64,000 bases of DNA. Origin: Tubiluchus corallicola. Its lineage: Eukaryota > Animalia > Priapulida. This document shows, one piece after another, positions 1 through 10,977 of this stretch; position 1 is the first letter of the stretch, and each line of letters opens with the position of its first letter. Position numbers and translations under genes: made by a program. Below the pieces are notes generated by a model, which ran no database searches, was not told the origin of the DNA, and saw only the letters and a list, made by a program, of their open reading frames with translations. The stretch covers positions 1 through 64,000 of the forward strand of contig JAQGDQ010000249.1 in the NCBI GenBank assembly GCA_030141605.1, given 5' to 3'.

Positions 1-251
1 CTTTGTTTCAAATTTTCTTTGGCCATCTAATACCCAAAATGTTTGTAATTTCGCCTTTGAAACGCATCGATTTCAGCTTTATGATTTGCTTTTAATGACC
101 AGAGCTCAGAGTTGCACAGAAATACAGTTTCAACTAAGGCTGAGAATATTCTAATTTTTGTTTCTAAAGAATTCTTCCTATTCTCAAAAACTTCTGTGAG
201 TTTTGAGTAAGCTGATAATGCCATTATCTTCCGCTTTTTAGCGTACTTCAA
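1..251 (-). mobile_element. Mirror copy of the RTE-like LINE fragment
   Basis: Reverse complement of 3932-4184, with a 2-bp deletion near position 45 that shifts the frame. Confidence 0.75.
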
Positions 252-507
252 AATGGGGTGCGATGTGAAAAATCGTGGTGTTTTCCTTTAACTGTTATTT
301 TTAAATATAAAACACATACCTTTGAACCATAAATTAAACACAACATAAGTGTCACCGTGAGCTGACACCGGACGAAGTACATCAAATATATGTAGTCTGG
401 ATGAAGGGTCAACCATACTATATGCCTGTAAAAATAAACCAGTATCAACCAACCGAGAAATATAAGCTGACACGACAAGTGGTGAAAATGAGTGAAAACC
501 GAGTGAA

Positions 508-786
<279 letters not shown>

Positions 787-2024
787 AATTATGTCAAATG
801 ACAAGAAAAGGCTAAGAAAGCAAGTCTAAAGAATTATAAAGGTTAGAGGCAATCTTAAGCATTTATCATACTCACGTTAAAAGAATTTCTTGTTTGTTTT
901 CATTTTAAATACTCCCGCGAGACTGTCACGGCGGCGCCATATTAGATGGCGTCACAGAACCACAACACAAATCTTTATAGTACACGTGCTCGGAACTCAC
1001 TGCGACTGTGTTCCAGTGATGTCATACCACGTGATCAGTCACATGCTGGCTTTTCAACTGACGGACTAAATGAAACATGTTTGCGCCAACGTTTACTGCA
1101 GCGGTTGAAATATTTTACAAAAATTGGAGTAAAAGGAAAATGTGAGTACTTTATTCGCTTAAGTTTATACTTAGGTGATATAATTTTTCATTGTGAATTT
1201 TCTGAGGATTACTTATTGCTTTTCTTTTAAAGACTATTGATATCGTAAAATAACAAATTTTATTTACTTAAGGCACAAGAAAACCTCCACTCACATAAAA
1301 AAACTTATAAAATTCGTCCTGAAATTTTATATCACTTACATGCTGCTTGTATTGCATACAGAACTTGTGTTAACAGAAACGCTGTATAAAATTTATAAAT
1401 TTAAACTCCAGTGATGACCATTAGGTGCAGTCATTTTAATGGTAGGTTTCAAACTTAAATAACATTATAACATTTGAAAATAATCAGAGCATCGTAGCAT
1501 ACATGTTACTAAATAAGTAAAACTTTAAATTATTTATCTCTCAATACAAGATTAAAAACACGTTTTTGACTAGTGAGTGGCGCACCGGAGGATGAAAGAA
1601 CATTTTACCAATTAGCACAAACATTTTAAATTATAAGTCTAGTTACATAAGTCTTTCCAGCAGGTAAATGTAATGCTAAGTAATATAGATTTGCACAGAA
1701 TTTCTTGAGACATAATTTAACATTGCCTTTTCTTCCCCTAATTTACGTGGCGTAGTGACGTCATGTGGCGCGGTCGGAACAGTATTGAGGGAAATTTAAA
1801 TGAAAAAAACGAAAATTTCTTTAGCGCGAGTATTATATATGCTTAAAATTGCTATAAAGTAATATAATTTTTAACGTGATTTTTCTGAAACCTACTAGGT
1901 ACCTCTTTTCTGTCTCAGTTTATTTTTCTGAAACCTTCAGTTACCTCTTTCTTATTTTTCAGGCAATTTTCTGAAAACCAACTAGTACCCTTTTCTTGTC
2001 CTCTTTCTTGAACCTACTTCAGGT

Positions 2025-2246
2025 ACCTGAAGTAGGTTTCAGAAAAATCGCCTGAAAGAACAAGAAAAGAGGTACCTGAAGTAGGTTTCAGAAAAATCAC
2101 CTGAAAGGACAAGAAAAGAGGTACCTGAAGTAGGTTTCAGAAAAATCGCCTGAAAGGACAAGAAAAGAGGTAACTGAAGTAGGTTTCAGAAAAATCGCCT
2201 GAAAGGACAAGAAAAGAGGTACCTGAAGTAGGTTTCAGAAAAATCA
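2025..2246 (+). repeat. ~49-bp tandem repeat (~4.5 copies) made from the terminus of a TTAA-type element
   Basis: Unit gaaaggacaagaaaagaggtacctgaagtaggtttcagaaaaatcgcct. A single copy is the start of the element at 24079. Confidence 0.9.
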
Positions 2247-2880
2247 CGTTAAAAAATTATATTACTTTATAGCAATTTTAAGCATATATAATACTCGCGC
2301 TAAAAGAAATTTTCGTTTTTTTTCATTTAAATTTCCCTCAATACTGTTCCGACCGCGCCATTACATGACGTCATACACGCACAACGTAGATCAGGGGAAG
2401 AAAAGGAAATGTTAAACTATGTCCCTAAAAACTTTCCGTGCAAATCTATATTACTTGGCATTTCCCTTACCTGCTGGAAATACTTCTGTAACTAGAAATA
2501 ATAATTTAAAATGTTTGTGCTAATTGGTAAAATGTCGCTTTCATCCTCCAGGGTGCGCCACTCACTAGTCAAAAAACGTGTTCTTAATCTTATTATAGAG
2601 ATACAGTAATTTAAAGTTTTACTTATTTAGTAACATGTATCCTACGAATGCTCTGATTATTTTTTCAAATGTTACCTAATGTTATTTAAGTTTGCTTCAA
2701 ATGACCTACCATTAAAATGACTGCATCAACTGTCATCGCAGGAGTCTAAATTAAAAGTTTTATACAGCGTTACTGCCGACGCAAGCCCTGCATGCAAAAA
2801 GGCAGTATGTAAGTGGTCTAAAATTTCAGGACGAATTTTCTAAGCTTTTTATGTGAGTGGAGGGTTTTCTTGTGCCTTAA
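2203..2880 (+). mobile_element. Non-autonomous TTAA-type (Kolobok-like) DNA element fragment
   Basis: Colinear similarity to 24079-24760, which begins ttaa|aggacaagaaaag. A TTAA target with AG termini fits Kolobok; the superfamily is inferred. Confidence 0.6.
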
Positions 2881-2922
2881 GTAAATAAAATTTGTTATTT
2901 TACGATATCCAATAGTCTTTAA

Positions 2923-3370
2923 AAGACAAGAAAAGGGCCAACCAAAGTAAGCCTCAGAAAATTCACAATGAAAAATTATACCACCTAAGTATAATCTTAA
3001 GCGAATAAAGTACTCACGTTTTCGCATTTACTCCAATTTTTGTAAAATATTTCAACCGCTGCAGTAAACGTTGGCGCAGACATGTTGCATTCAGTCCGTC
3101 AGTTGAAAAGCCAGCAGCATGTTGCATTCAGTCACGTGGCATGACATCACTCGAACGCAGTCGCAGTGTGTTCTAAGCACGTGTACTATAAAGATTTGTG
3201 TTGTGGTTCTGTGACGTCATCCAATATGGCGCCGCCGTGACAGTCTCGCGGGAGTATTTAAAATGAAAACAAACAGGAAATTCTTTTAACGTGAGTGTGA
3301 TAAATGCTTAAGATTGCCTCTAACCTTTATAATTCTTTAGACTTGCTTTAACTAGACCTTTTCTTGTCAT
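2923..3370. mobile_element. Kolobok-like MITE with TTAA at both ends
   Basis: ttaa|aagacaagaaaagg ... ccttttcttgtcat|ttaa: imperfect TIRs flanked by TTAA at 2919-2922 and 3371-3374. Confidence 0.7.
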
Positions 3371-3384
3371 TTAAGAGCATAATT

Positions 3385-3444
<60 letters not shown>

Positions 3445-3471
3445 CTTCCTCTCTCTCTCTCCCTCTCTCTC

Positions 3472-3519
<48 letters not shown>

Positions 3520-3526
3520 CCCTTCC

Positions 3527-3596
<70 letters not shown>

Positions 3597-3625
3597 CCCT
3601 TCCTCTCTCTCTCTCTCTCCCTCTC

Positions 3626-3668
<43 letters not shown>
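3385..3668. repeat. (CT)n microsatellite
   Basis: Read directly from the sequence. Confidence 0.99.
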
Positions 3669-3671
<3 letters not shown>

Positions 3672-3931
3672 ACTCGGTTTTCACTCATTTTCACCACTTG
3701 TCGTGTCAGCTTATATTTCTCGGTTGGTTGATACTGGTTTATTTTTACAGGCATATAGTATGGTTGACACTTCATCCAGACTACATATATTTGATGTACT
3801 TCGTCCGGTGTCAGCTCACGGTGACACTTATGTTGTGTTTAATTTATGGTTCAAAGGTATGTGTTTTATATTTAAAAAACCCTAATAACAGTTAAAGGAA
3901 AACACCACGATTTTTCACATCGCACCCCATT

Positions 3932-4287
3932 TTGAAGTACGCTAAAAAGCGGAAGATAATGGCATTATCAGCTTACTCAAAACTCACAGAAGTTTTTGAG
4001 AATAGGAAGAATTCTTTAGAAACAAAAATTAGAATATTCTCAGCCTTAGTTGAAACTGTATTTCTGTACAACTCTGAGCTCTGGTCATTAAAAGCAAATC
4101 ATAAAGCTGAAATCGATGCGTTTCAAAGGCGAAATTACAGAAACATTTTGGGTATTAGATGGCCAAAGAAAATTTGAAACAAAGATCTATATGAAAAATA
4201 AAAGAAGAACCTTGGACAAGAAAAATAAAAAGACGCTGTTTAAGATGGATTGGGCATATGCTTAGACTACCTGATGATATTCCAAAG
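3932..4287 (+). mobile_element. RTE-clade non-LTR retrotransposon remnant, C-terminal to the RT domain
   Basis: Translation ...TKIRIFSALVETVFLYNSELWSL...IDAFQRRNYRNILGIRWPKKI*, then ...KRRCLRWIGHMLRLPDD after a stop/frameshift. This resembles the RTE pattern 'LYGSETW...LRRILGI.W...RRLRW.GHVLR'. Confidence 0.8.
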
Positions 4288-4982
4288 TTAAAGGAGAGGA
4301 AAGAGAAATCTTAAATCCAAAGTTAAAGGAGAAGAAAGAGAAATCTTAAATCCAAAGTTAAAGGAGAAGAAAGAGAAATCTTAAATCCAAAGTTAAAGGA
4401 GAAGAAAGAGAAATCTTAAGTCCAAAGTTAAAGGAGAAGAAAGAGAAATCTTAAATCCAAAGTTAAAGGAGAAGAAAGAGAAATCTTAAATCAAAAGTTA
4501 AAGGAGAAGAAAGAGAAATCTTAAATCCAAAGTTAAAGGAGACGAAAGAGAAATCTTAAATCCAAAGTTAAAGGAGAAGAAAGAGAAATCTTAAGTCCAA
4601 AGTTAAAGGGAAAGAAAGAGAAATCTTAAATCCAAAGTTAAAGGAGAAGAAACAGAAATCTTAAATCCAAAGTTAAAGGAGAAGAAAGAGAAATCTTAAG
4701 TCCAAAGTTAAAGGAGAAGAAAGAGAAATCTTAAATCCAAAGTTAAAGGAGAAGAAAGAGAAATCTTAAATCCAAAGTTAAAGGAGAAGAAAGAGAAATC
4801 TTAAATCAAAAGTTAAAGGAGAAGAAAGAGAAATCTTAAATCCAAAGTTAAAGGAGAAGAAAGAGAAATCTTAAATCCAAAGTTAAAGGAGAAGAAAGAG
4901 AAATCTTAAATCAAAAGTTAAAGGAGAAGAAAGAGAAATCTTAAATCCAAAGTTAAAGGAGAAGAAAGAGAAATCTTAAATC
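4281..4982 (+). repeat. 35-bp minisatellite, ~20 copies
   Basis: Unit tccaaagttaaaggagaagaaagagaaatcttaaa; period measured from 4323 to 4358. Confidence 0.97.
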
Positions 4983-5875
4983 GAATAGAACTTTCCATAC
5001 AAAGTTATATTTCATAACATTACGCTTACCCCTTGAAAAACTCGTGTAATTGGAAAAGATTGTTAATAATTTGAAATGTTCGTCCCATTTGGAAAAACGG
5101 TACAGCACCTCGTTCCCAATGTGCACCAGTGACTCACAAAAGGCACATGATTGATCTTATTAACCACGTAAAGTAAGTTATTCTTTTACTTAGCTAGCGA
5201 TGAGTGTGCTACGAATGCACTGATTATTTTTTCAAACTTTACACAATGTTATCATAACGTGTTTCAGGTGGTTTAAGGTACGACTGCTTGTGCGAGTATG
5301 CGTGATGCGTATACAACAGTTTATATTTAAACGCGTGGAAGTGTTTCACAGTGTACGTAATGCGTAATCCGTAATGCGTAATGCGTATACAACAGTTTAT
5401 ATTTAAACATGTGGAAGTGTTTCACAGTGTACGTAATGCGTAATCCGTAATGCGTGATGCGTATACAACAGTTTATATTAAAACACGTGGAAGTGTTTTA
5501 CAGTGTACGTAATGCGTGATGCGTATACAGCAGTTTATATTTAAACACGTGGAAGTGTTTCACAGTGTACGTAATGCGTAATGCGTGATGCGTATACAGC
5601 AGTTTATATTTAAACACGTGGAAGTGTTTCACAGTGTACGTAATGCGTAATGCGTGATGCGTTTACAAACAGTTCATACTTAAACACGTGGAAGTGCTTC
5701 TATTTGTACGCAATGCGTAATCCATAATGCGTGATGCGTGATACGCATTTACTCGAACGTGATGATTATCGTCTCAATACGCATCACGCATTACGCATTA
5801 CTGATCACGCATTACGCATTACGGATCACGCATTACGCGCACATCGAGTCGTACTTTTACCGTTAAAATGGCTAG
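4957..5875 (+). mobile_element. Kolobok-like element fragment interrupted by a MITE
   Basis: Starts ttaa|aggagaagaaag. Internal blocks (ctttccatacaaagttatat, gtgcaccagtgactcac, gctacgaatgcactgattattttttcaaacttt) match 2430-2700 and 24300-24600. Similarity resumes after 5859 (ccgttaaaatggct). Confidence 0.6.
5276..5856. mobile_element. PIF/Harbinger-like MITE with internal ~56-70 bp tandem repeats
   Basis: tta|aggtacgact...agtcgtactt|tta gives a TTA TSD. Subterminal (taatgcg/tgatgcg)n heptamers are inverted at the right end; the host element continues across the insertion. Confidence 0.7.
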
Positions 5876-5910
5876 GCGGGCTCGGCATTGTCTTTATCGA
5901 TCAAAGTTAA

Positions 5911-6225
5911 AGTAGAAGACAACGGAATTTTAAAGTATGCTTCCATACAAAGTTATATCACTTAGCTTACCTGTTTAAAAGACTAATGTAATTAGAAATT
6001 TAAAATTCTCGCGGCCACCTGGTAAAACGGCATTGCATCGCTATCCCAGTGTGCACCACTGGCTCACCAAAAATCACTGTTGATCCTATTGGCAATATCA
6101 AGTAACTTACAGTTTTACTTAGTTAGCAAAGAGTGTGCCACGAATGCTCTGATTACTTTTTTAAACTTTACACAATGTCCTTCTTAATTTTGTCTCAAAC
6201 GAGTTACGGATATCGTTAAAATCTG
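5911..6225 (+). mobile_element. Further diverged Kolobok-like fragment
   Basis: ttaa|agtagaagac followed by the same internal blocks as 4990-5260. Confidence 0.5.
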
Positions 6226-6229
6226 ACAG

Positions 6230-6626
6230 ACCGATTAACCGACTGACTGATTTACTAACTAACTGATTGAATGGATGGACGAATGAATGAATGAGTGAAA
6301 GACAGTCAGTCAGACAGACAAATAGGCAACTGACTGACTGACTGACTGACTGACCGACTGACTGATTCTGTGTATGGCTACTGACTGTCTGAATGATGCA
6401 TCAGCCGACTGGCCAAACGATCACCTTATCAAAGTCCAAGGTATATGACTCCTGACTGACTGACTGACTGACTGACTGAATGACGCATCAACAGACTGGC
6501 CAAACGATCACCTTATCAAAGTCCAAGGTATATGACTCCTGACTGACTGACTGACTGACTGACTGACTGACTGACTGACTGACTGAATGACACATCAACA
6601 GAGTGACCAAACGATCACCTTATCAA
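6230..6626. repeat. (GACT)n microsatellites within a three-copy ~80-110 bp tandem unit
   Basis: Repeated gaatga.gcatca...ccaaacgatcaccttatcaa, separated by GACT runs. Confidence 0.9.
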
Positions 6627-6643
6627 TATTATTGACATTTCAG

Positions 6644-6826
6644 TTGTGGTATATACATAAGCCAGAAGAACCCGAATATGCTAGAACTCGTGCATTCTCT
6701 GCCTCCGATGTCCATGACCACGTGTCGCCAGAAACGGTCAAACTCCAGGATGGCCTGATTGCCGGAAACGGAGACGTGGACCTTGCAGAAATCAACATTG
6801 CTGACATGGATCCTGAAGACATTAAG
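6644..6826 (+). CDS. Penultimate coding exon of a GPR158/GPR179-family (Smog-like) class C GPCR
   Basis: Acceptor tttcag at 6638-6643 and donor aag|gtataa at 6827; 183 nt, phase 0/0. Ends ...EINIADMDPEDIK, which joins the next exon to give DPEDIKAELRRVYTQLQV, matching the GPR158 motif DPEDIRDELKKLYAQLE. Confidence 0.88.
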
Positions 6827-7019
6827 GTATAACCTCACAACTAAAATGTGTCGAGGCCTCTGATAACATAGAGGCTCTGCAGGGGTGATTCCAGTACAAT
6901 GTTTCCAATATATATAGTGATTCCAATATAATTAAAATGTTGGCTAAAACAAGTCTTGTTGGACCTTTTAGGAGGGCAACAATTGATGCAGGGCCAGTGA
7001 TTAAAGTGCTCCAGGCCTG

Positions 7020-9217
7020 CTAGGGTGGCAGACCCGGAACCTAAAGAAAAACAATGTATCGCCAGATCTGTTAGGGTCGCAGACCTGGAACCTAAAGTTG
7101 CAGCCCCTCCACCTAAAGAAAACCAATATCTCGCCAGATCTGTTAGGATCGCAGACCCGGAACCTAAAGTTGCAGATCCTCCACCTAAAGAAAAAACAAT
7201 GTTTCGCCAGGTCTGTTAGGATCGCAGACCCGGAACCTAAAGTTGCAGATCCTCCACCTAAAGAAAAAGCAATGTTTCGCCAGATCTGTTAGGATCGCAG
7301 ACCCGGAACCTAAAGTTGCAGATACTCCACCTAAAGAAAAAACAATGTTTCGCCAGATCTGTTAGGATCGCAGACCCGGAACCTAAAGTTACAGATCCTC
7401 CACCTAAAGAAAAAACAATGTCTCGCCAGGTCTGTTAGGATCGCAGATCCGGAACCTAAAGTTACAGACCCTCCACCTAAAGAAAACCAATGTCTCGCCA
7501 GGTCTGTTAGGGTCGCAGATCCGGAACCTAAAGTTACAGATCCTCCACCTAAAGAAAACCAATATCTCGCCAGATCTGTTAGGGTCGCAGATCCGGAACC
7601 TAAAGTTACAGACCCTCCACCTAAAGAAAAAACAATATCTCGCCAGGTCTGTTAGGGTGGCAGACCCGGAACCTAAAGAAAAAACAATGTATCGCCAGAT
7701 CTGTTAGGGTCGCAGATCCGGAACCTAAAGTTACAGATCCTCCACCTAAAGAAAAAACAATATCTCGCCAGGTCTGTTAGGGTTGCAGATCCGGAACCTA
7801 AAGTTACAGATCCTCCACCTAAAGAAAAAAAATGTATCGCCAGATCTGTTAGGGTGGCAGACCCGGAACCTAAAGAAAAAACAATGTCTCGCCAGATCTG
7901 TTAGGATCGCAGACCCGGAACCTAAAGTTACAGACCCTCCACCTAAAGAAAACCAATGTCTCGCCAGATCTGTTAGGGTCGCAGATCCGGAACCTAAAGT
8001 TACAGACCCTCCACCTAAAGAAAAAACAATATCTCGCCAGGTCTGTTAGGGTGGCAGACCCGGAACCTAAAGAAAAAACAATGTATCGCCAGATCTGTTA
8101 GGGTCGCAGATCCGGAACCTAAAGTTACAGATCCTCCACCTAAAGAAAAAACAATATCTCGCCAGGTCTGTTAGGGTTGCAGATCCGGAACCTAAAGTTA
8201 CAGATCCTCCACCTAAAGAAAAAAAATGTATCGCCAGATCTGTTAGGGTGGCAGACCCGGAACCTAAAGAAAAAACAATGTCTCGCCAGATCTGTTAGGA
8301 TCGCAGACCCGGAACCTAAAGTTACAGACCCTCCACCTAAAGAAAACCAATGTCTCGCCAGATCTGTTAGGGTCGCAGATCCGGAACCTAAAGTTACAGA
8401 CCCTCCACCTAAAGAAAAAACAATATCTCGCCAGGTCTGTTAGGGTGGCAGACCCGGAACCTAAAGAAAAAACAATGTATCGCCAGATCTGTTAGGGTCG
8501 CAGATCCGGAACCTAAAGTTACAGATCCTCCACCTAAAGAAAAAACAATATCTCGCCAGGTCTGTTAGGGTTGCAGATCCGGAACCTAAAGTTACAGATC
8601 CTCCACCTAAAGAAAAAAAAATGTATCGCCAGATCTGTTAGGGTGGCAGACCCGGAACCTAAAGAAAAAACAATGTATCGCCAGATCTGTTAGGGTCGCA
8701 GATCCGGAACCTAAAGTTACAGATCCTCCACCTAAAGAAAAAACAATATCTCGCCAGGTCTGTTAGGGTTGCAGATCCGGAACCTAAAGTTACAGATCCT
8801 CCACCTAAAGAAAAAAAATGTATCGCCAGATCTGTTAGGGTGGCAGACCCGGAACCTAAAGAAAAAACAATGTCTCGCCAGATCTGTTAGGGTCGCAGAT
8901 CCGGAACCTAAAGTTACAGATCCTCCACCTAAAGAAAAAACAATATTTCGCCAGGTCTGTTAGGGTTGCAGATCCGGAACCTAAAGTTACAGATCCTCCA
9001 CCTAAAGAAAAAAATGTATCGCCAGATCTGTTAGGGTGGCAGACCCGGAACCTAAAGAAAAAACAATGTATCGCCAGATCTGTTAGGATCGCAGATCCGG
9101 AACCCAAAGTTACAGATCCTTCACCTAAAGAAAAAACAATGTTTCGCCAGATCTGTTAGGATCGCAGATCCGGAACCTAAAGTTACAGATCCTCCACCTA
9201 AAGAAAAATGTCTCGCC
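7020..9217 (+). repeat. Intronic composite minisatellite (51-52 and 72-73 bp units; ~197/394-bp higher-order period)
   Basis: Units gcagacccggaacctaaag(ttacagatcctccacctaaag)aaaaaacaatgtctcgccagatctgttagggtc. Identical ORF translations recur at 7783 and 8177. Confidence 0.95.
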
Positions 9218-9578
9218 GAATTGCACATTTAGTTTTCTCACTACTTAATTATCTATAAGCCAATCCGTAACACGTGTTAGTAGCACAATATCCGTCTTTC
9301 AGTCAACAAAATTAAATTGTAGATGATAACAATGGAACAATGGGTACCTCATTGTTGTTGCAACTTTGCAGGAATAAAGAAAAACGTTTCTTGAGAAGTT
9401 GCGCTCAAGAATAATGGAGTTTACTCATTCTATTGCCTAGTAACATTTTACTTTAGACTTGAAAAGTCACGTGCAACAAAATTTAGCTGTAATCAGTTGG
9501 CGTGAACCACGTGATTGTCTTTGGCAGAAGTAAATCAACATGTAAATCAAAAGCTAGTACACCTTGCTGTATTTTGTT

Positions 9579-9611
<33 letters not shown>

Positions 9612-9706
9612 ACAACAACAATAACAACAACAACAACAACATCATCATCAAGAACAACAACAACAACAATAACAACAACAACAACAACAACAGTAACAGC
9701 AATAAT
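9579..9706. repeat. (AAC)n microsatellite
   Basis: Read directly from the sequence. Confidence 0.98.
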
Positions 9707-10342
9707 ATTCAAGTCACTTTTTTATTACAGGCACTTAAATCATTTATAGCCAAAACAACACAAATTTTTTTAAAAGTTCCAATTCACATAGTCAAAAATC
9801 ACGCCAAACATTTCGACAAACTACTGTTGTCATCATTCGTGGAAAATTATTTGGCTATACTTAAAGTCACTGTTTTGGCTTCAGTCACTGTCAAAGAGTA
9901 GCTCGTGGAAGCGGTCATTTTGCTTCGGGTTTTCCTGTTGCCAAACCCAGATCTTCGTCAGGAAGAGCCATCTACTGGATTTAAACGTAACTTCAATTTG
10001 TACTTACAAAGTCCATAGCAACCAACATTCGTACGGTCACTAAGTGTTTTGTAGAAACGCGACAAAAAACAATGGCTGACGTTACCAGCGTTTTTCTCAA
10101 GATTATGTTTTTCAGTGTGCAGCCTGCACCTCAACTTCAACGTGGATTATCTCAGCTTAGAAATAAAGTAGGGTGATGAACTTGGTATAAAAATGATCCT
10201 CATGAAATGGAGATTTAGGATGTGTGAATAACTAGAAAAGACTAATTAACGACTTATGGACGATTTTGCTGTGCAAGCACACAAATAAATAAATGAATAA
10301 GAATGGATATTGATACTAATTATTTCTGTTGTTTTTGTACAG

Positions 10343-10753
10343 GCCGAGCTCAGGAGAGTGTACACACAACTACAGGTGCTGCGCAATAAAACCATGCGAA
10401 AAGACAATCCGCATATTTCGAAGCGGCATGGTGGGCGCAAGAATACTCGTCGCCGCTTCTCACTGCAGGCGTTTCATCATCATCGTCACCGCGATCGAGC
10501 GGCGGAACGCGAGCGACTGCACTCGCACATCGAGCAATCGATAGCCGAGGTGTCCCACACGGAGGAACCCGAACCTAAGGACGCCGACGTCTCGAAGTCG
10601 CCAGAAGAGTCCGTGGCCAGCACGGACGGGGCGCAAACCGAAGAGAAAAAACAAACTGAAGGTTCTTCCACAGTCCGGTTTAAGCCACAGAGACCTATCA
10701 GTGAAGTGGCTCAGTACTCAAACTATCAGCCGGACAAATTTGACAAGATTTGA
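10343..10753 (+). CDS. Last coding exon of the GPR158/Smog-like GPCR (cytoplasmic tail)
   Basis: Acceptor tttttgtacag ends at 10342. AELRRVYTQLQVLRNKTMRKDNPHISKRHGGRK...RRFSLQ closely resembles the invertebrate Smog tail motif. Stop tga at 10751-10753; attaaa at 10862. Confidence 0.9.
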   Translation, partial: AELRRVYTQLQVLRNKTMRKDNPHISKRHGGRKNTRRRFSLQAFHHHRHRDRAAERERLHSHIEQSIAEVSHTEEPEPKDADVSKSPEESVASTDGAQTEEKKQTEGSSTVRFKPQRPISEVAQYSNYQPDKFDKI

Positions 10754-10865
10754 TCAACTTCCTTTGAGTGCCATAACCGGTGAATATGTGAACTATGCCG
10801 TGTGGTGAAAGCTGTAGAACAATGCTCTGACATTCTTTTACTGTGTTATTCACTTAAAATAATTA

Positions 10866-10977
10866 AACATCGATGGTGTCGCGTTGTTGCTTAGTAACAG
10901 GCAACATCGATGGTGTTTCGTTGTTGCTTAGTAACAGGCAACATCGATGGTGTCGCGTTGTTGCTTAGTAACAGGCA
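10866..10977. promoter_or_regulatory. Three tandem 37-bp units, each with an RFX X-box-like motif GTTGCTTAGTAAC
   Basis: Motif at 10886, 10923 and 10960. The repeat is certain; a regulatory role is inferred. Confidence 0.4.

Noticed and set aside
4281-4982. CRISPR-like regular 35-bp periodicity (also 21440-22815 and 25790-26448)
   Set aside because: Head-to-tail repeats with no unique spacers, no cas genes, and a eukaryotic context.
7025-9107. Repetitive ADPEPKVTDPPPKE protein
   Set aside because: Unit lengths of 52 and 73 bp break the frame repeatedly, and the array lies between two exons that join in frame without it.
9515-9901. Poly-Asn/poly-Thr ORFs (and poly-Val/Gly ORFs at 31615-32602)
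   Set aside because: Trinucleotide microsatellite translations.
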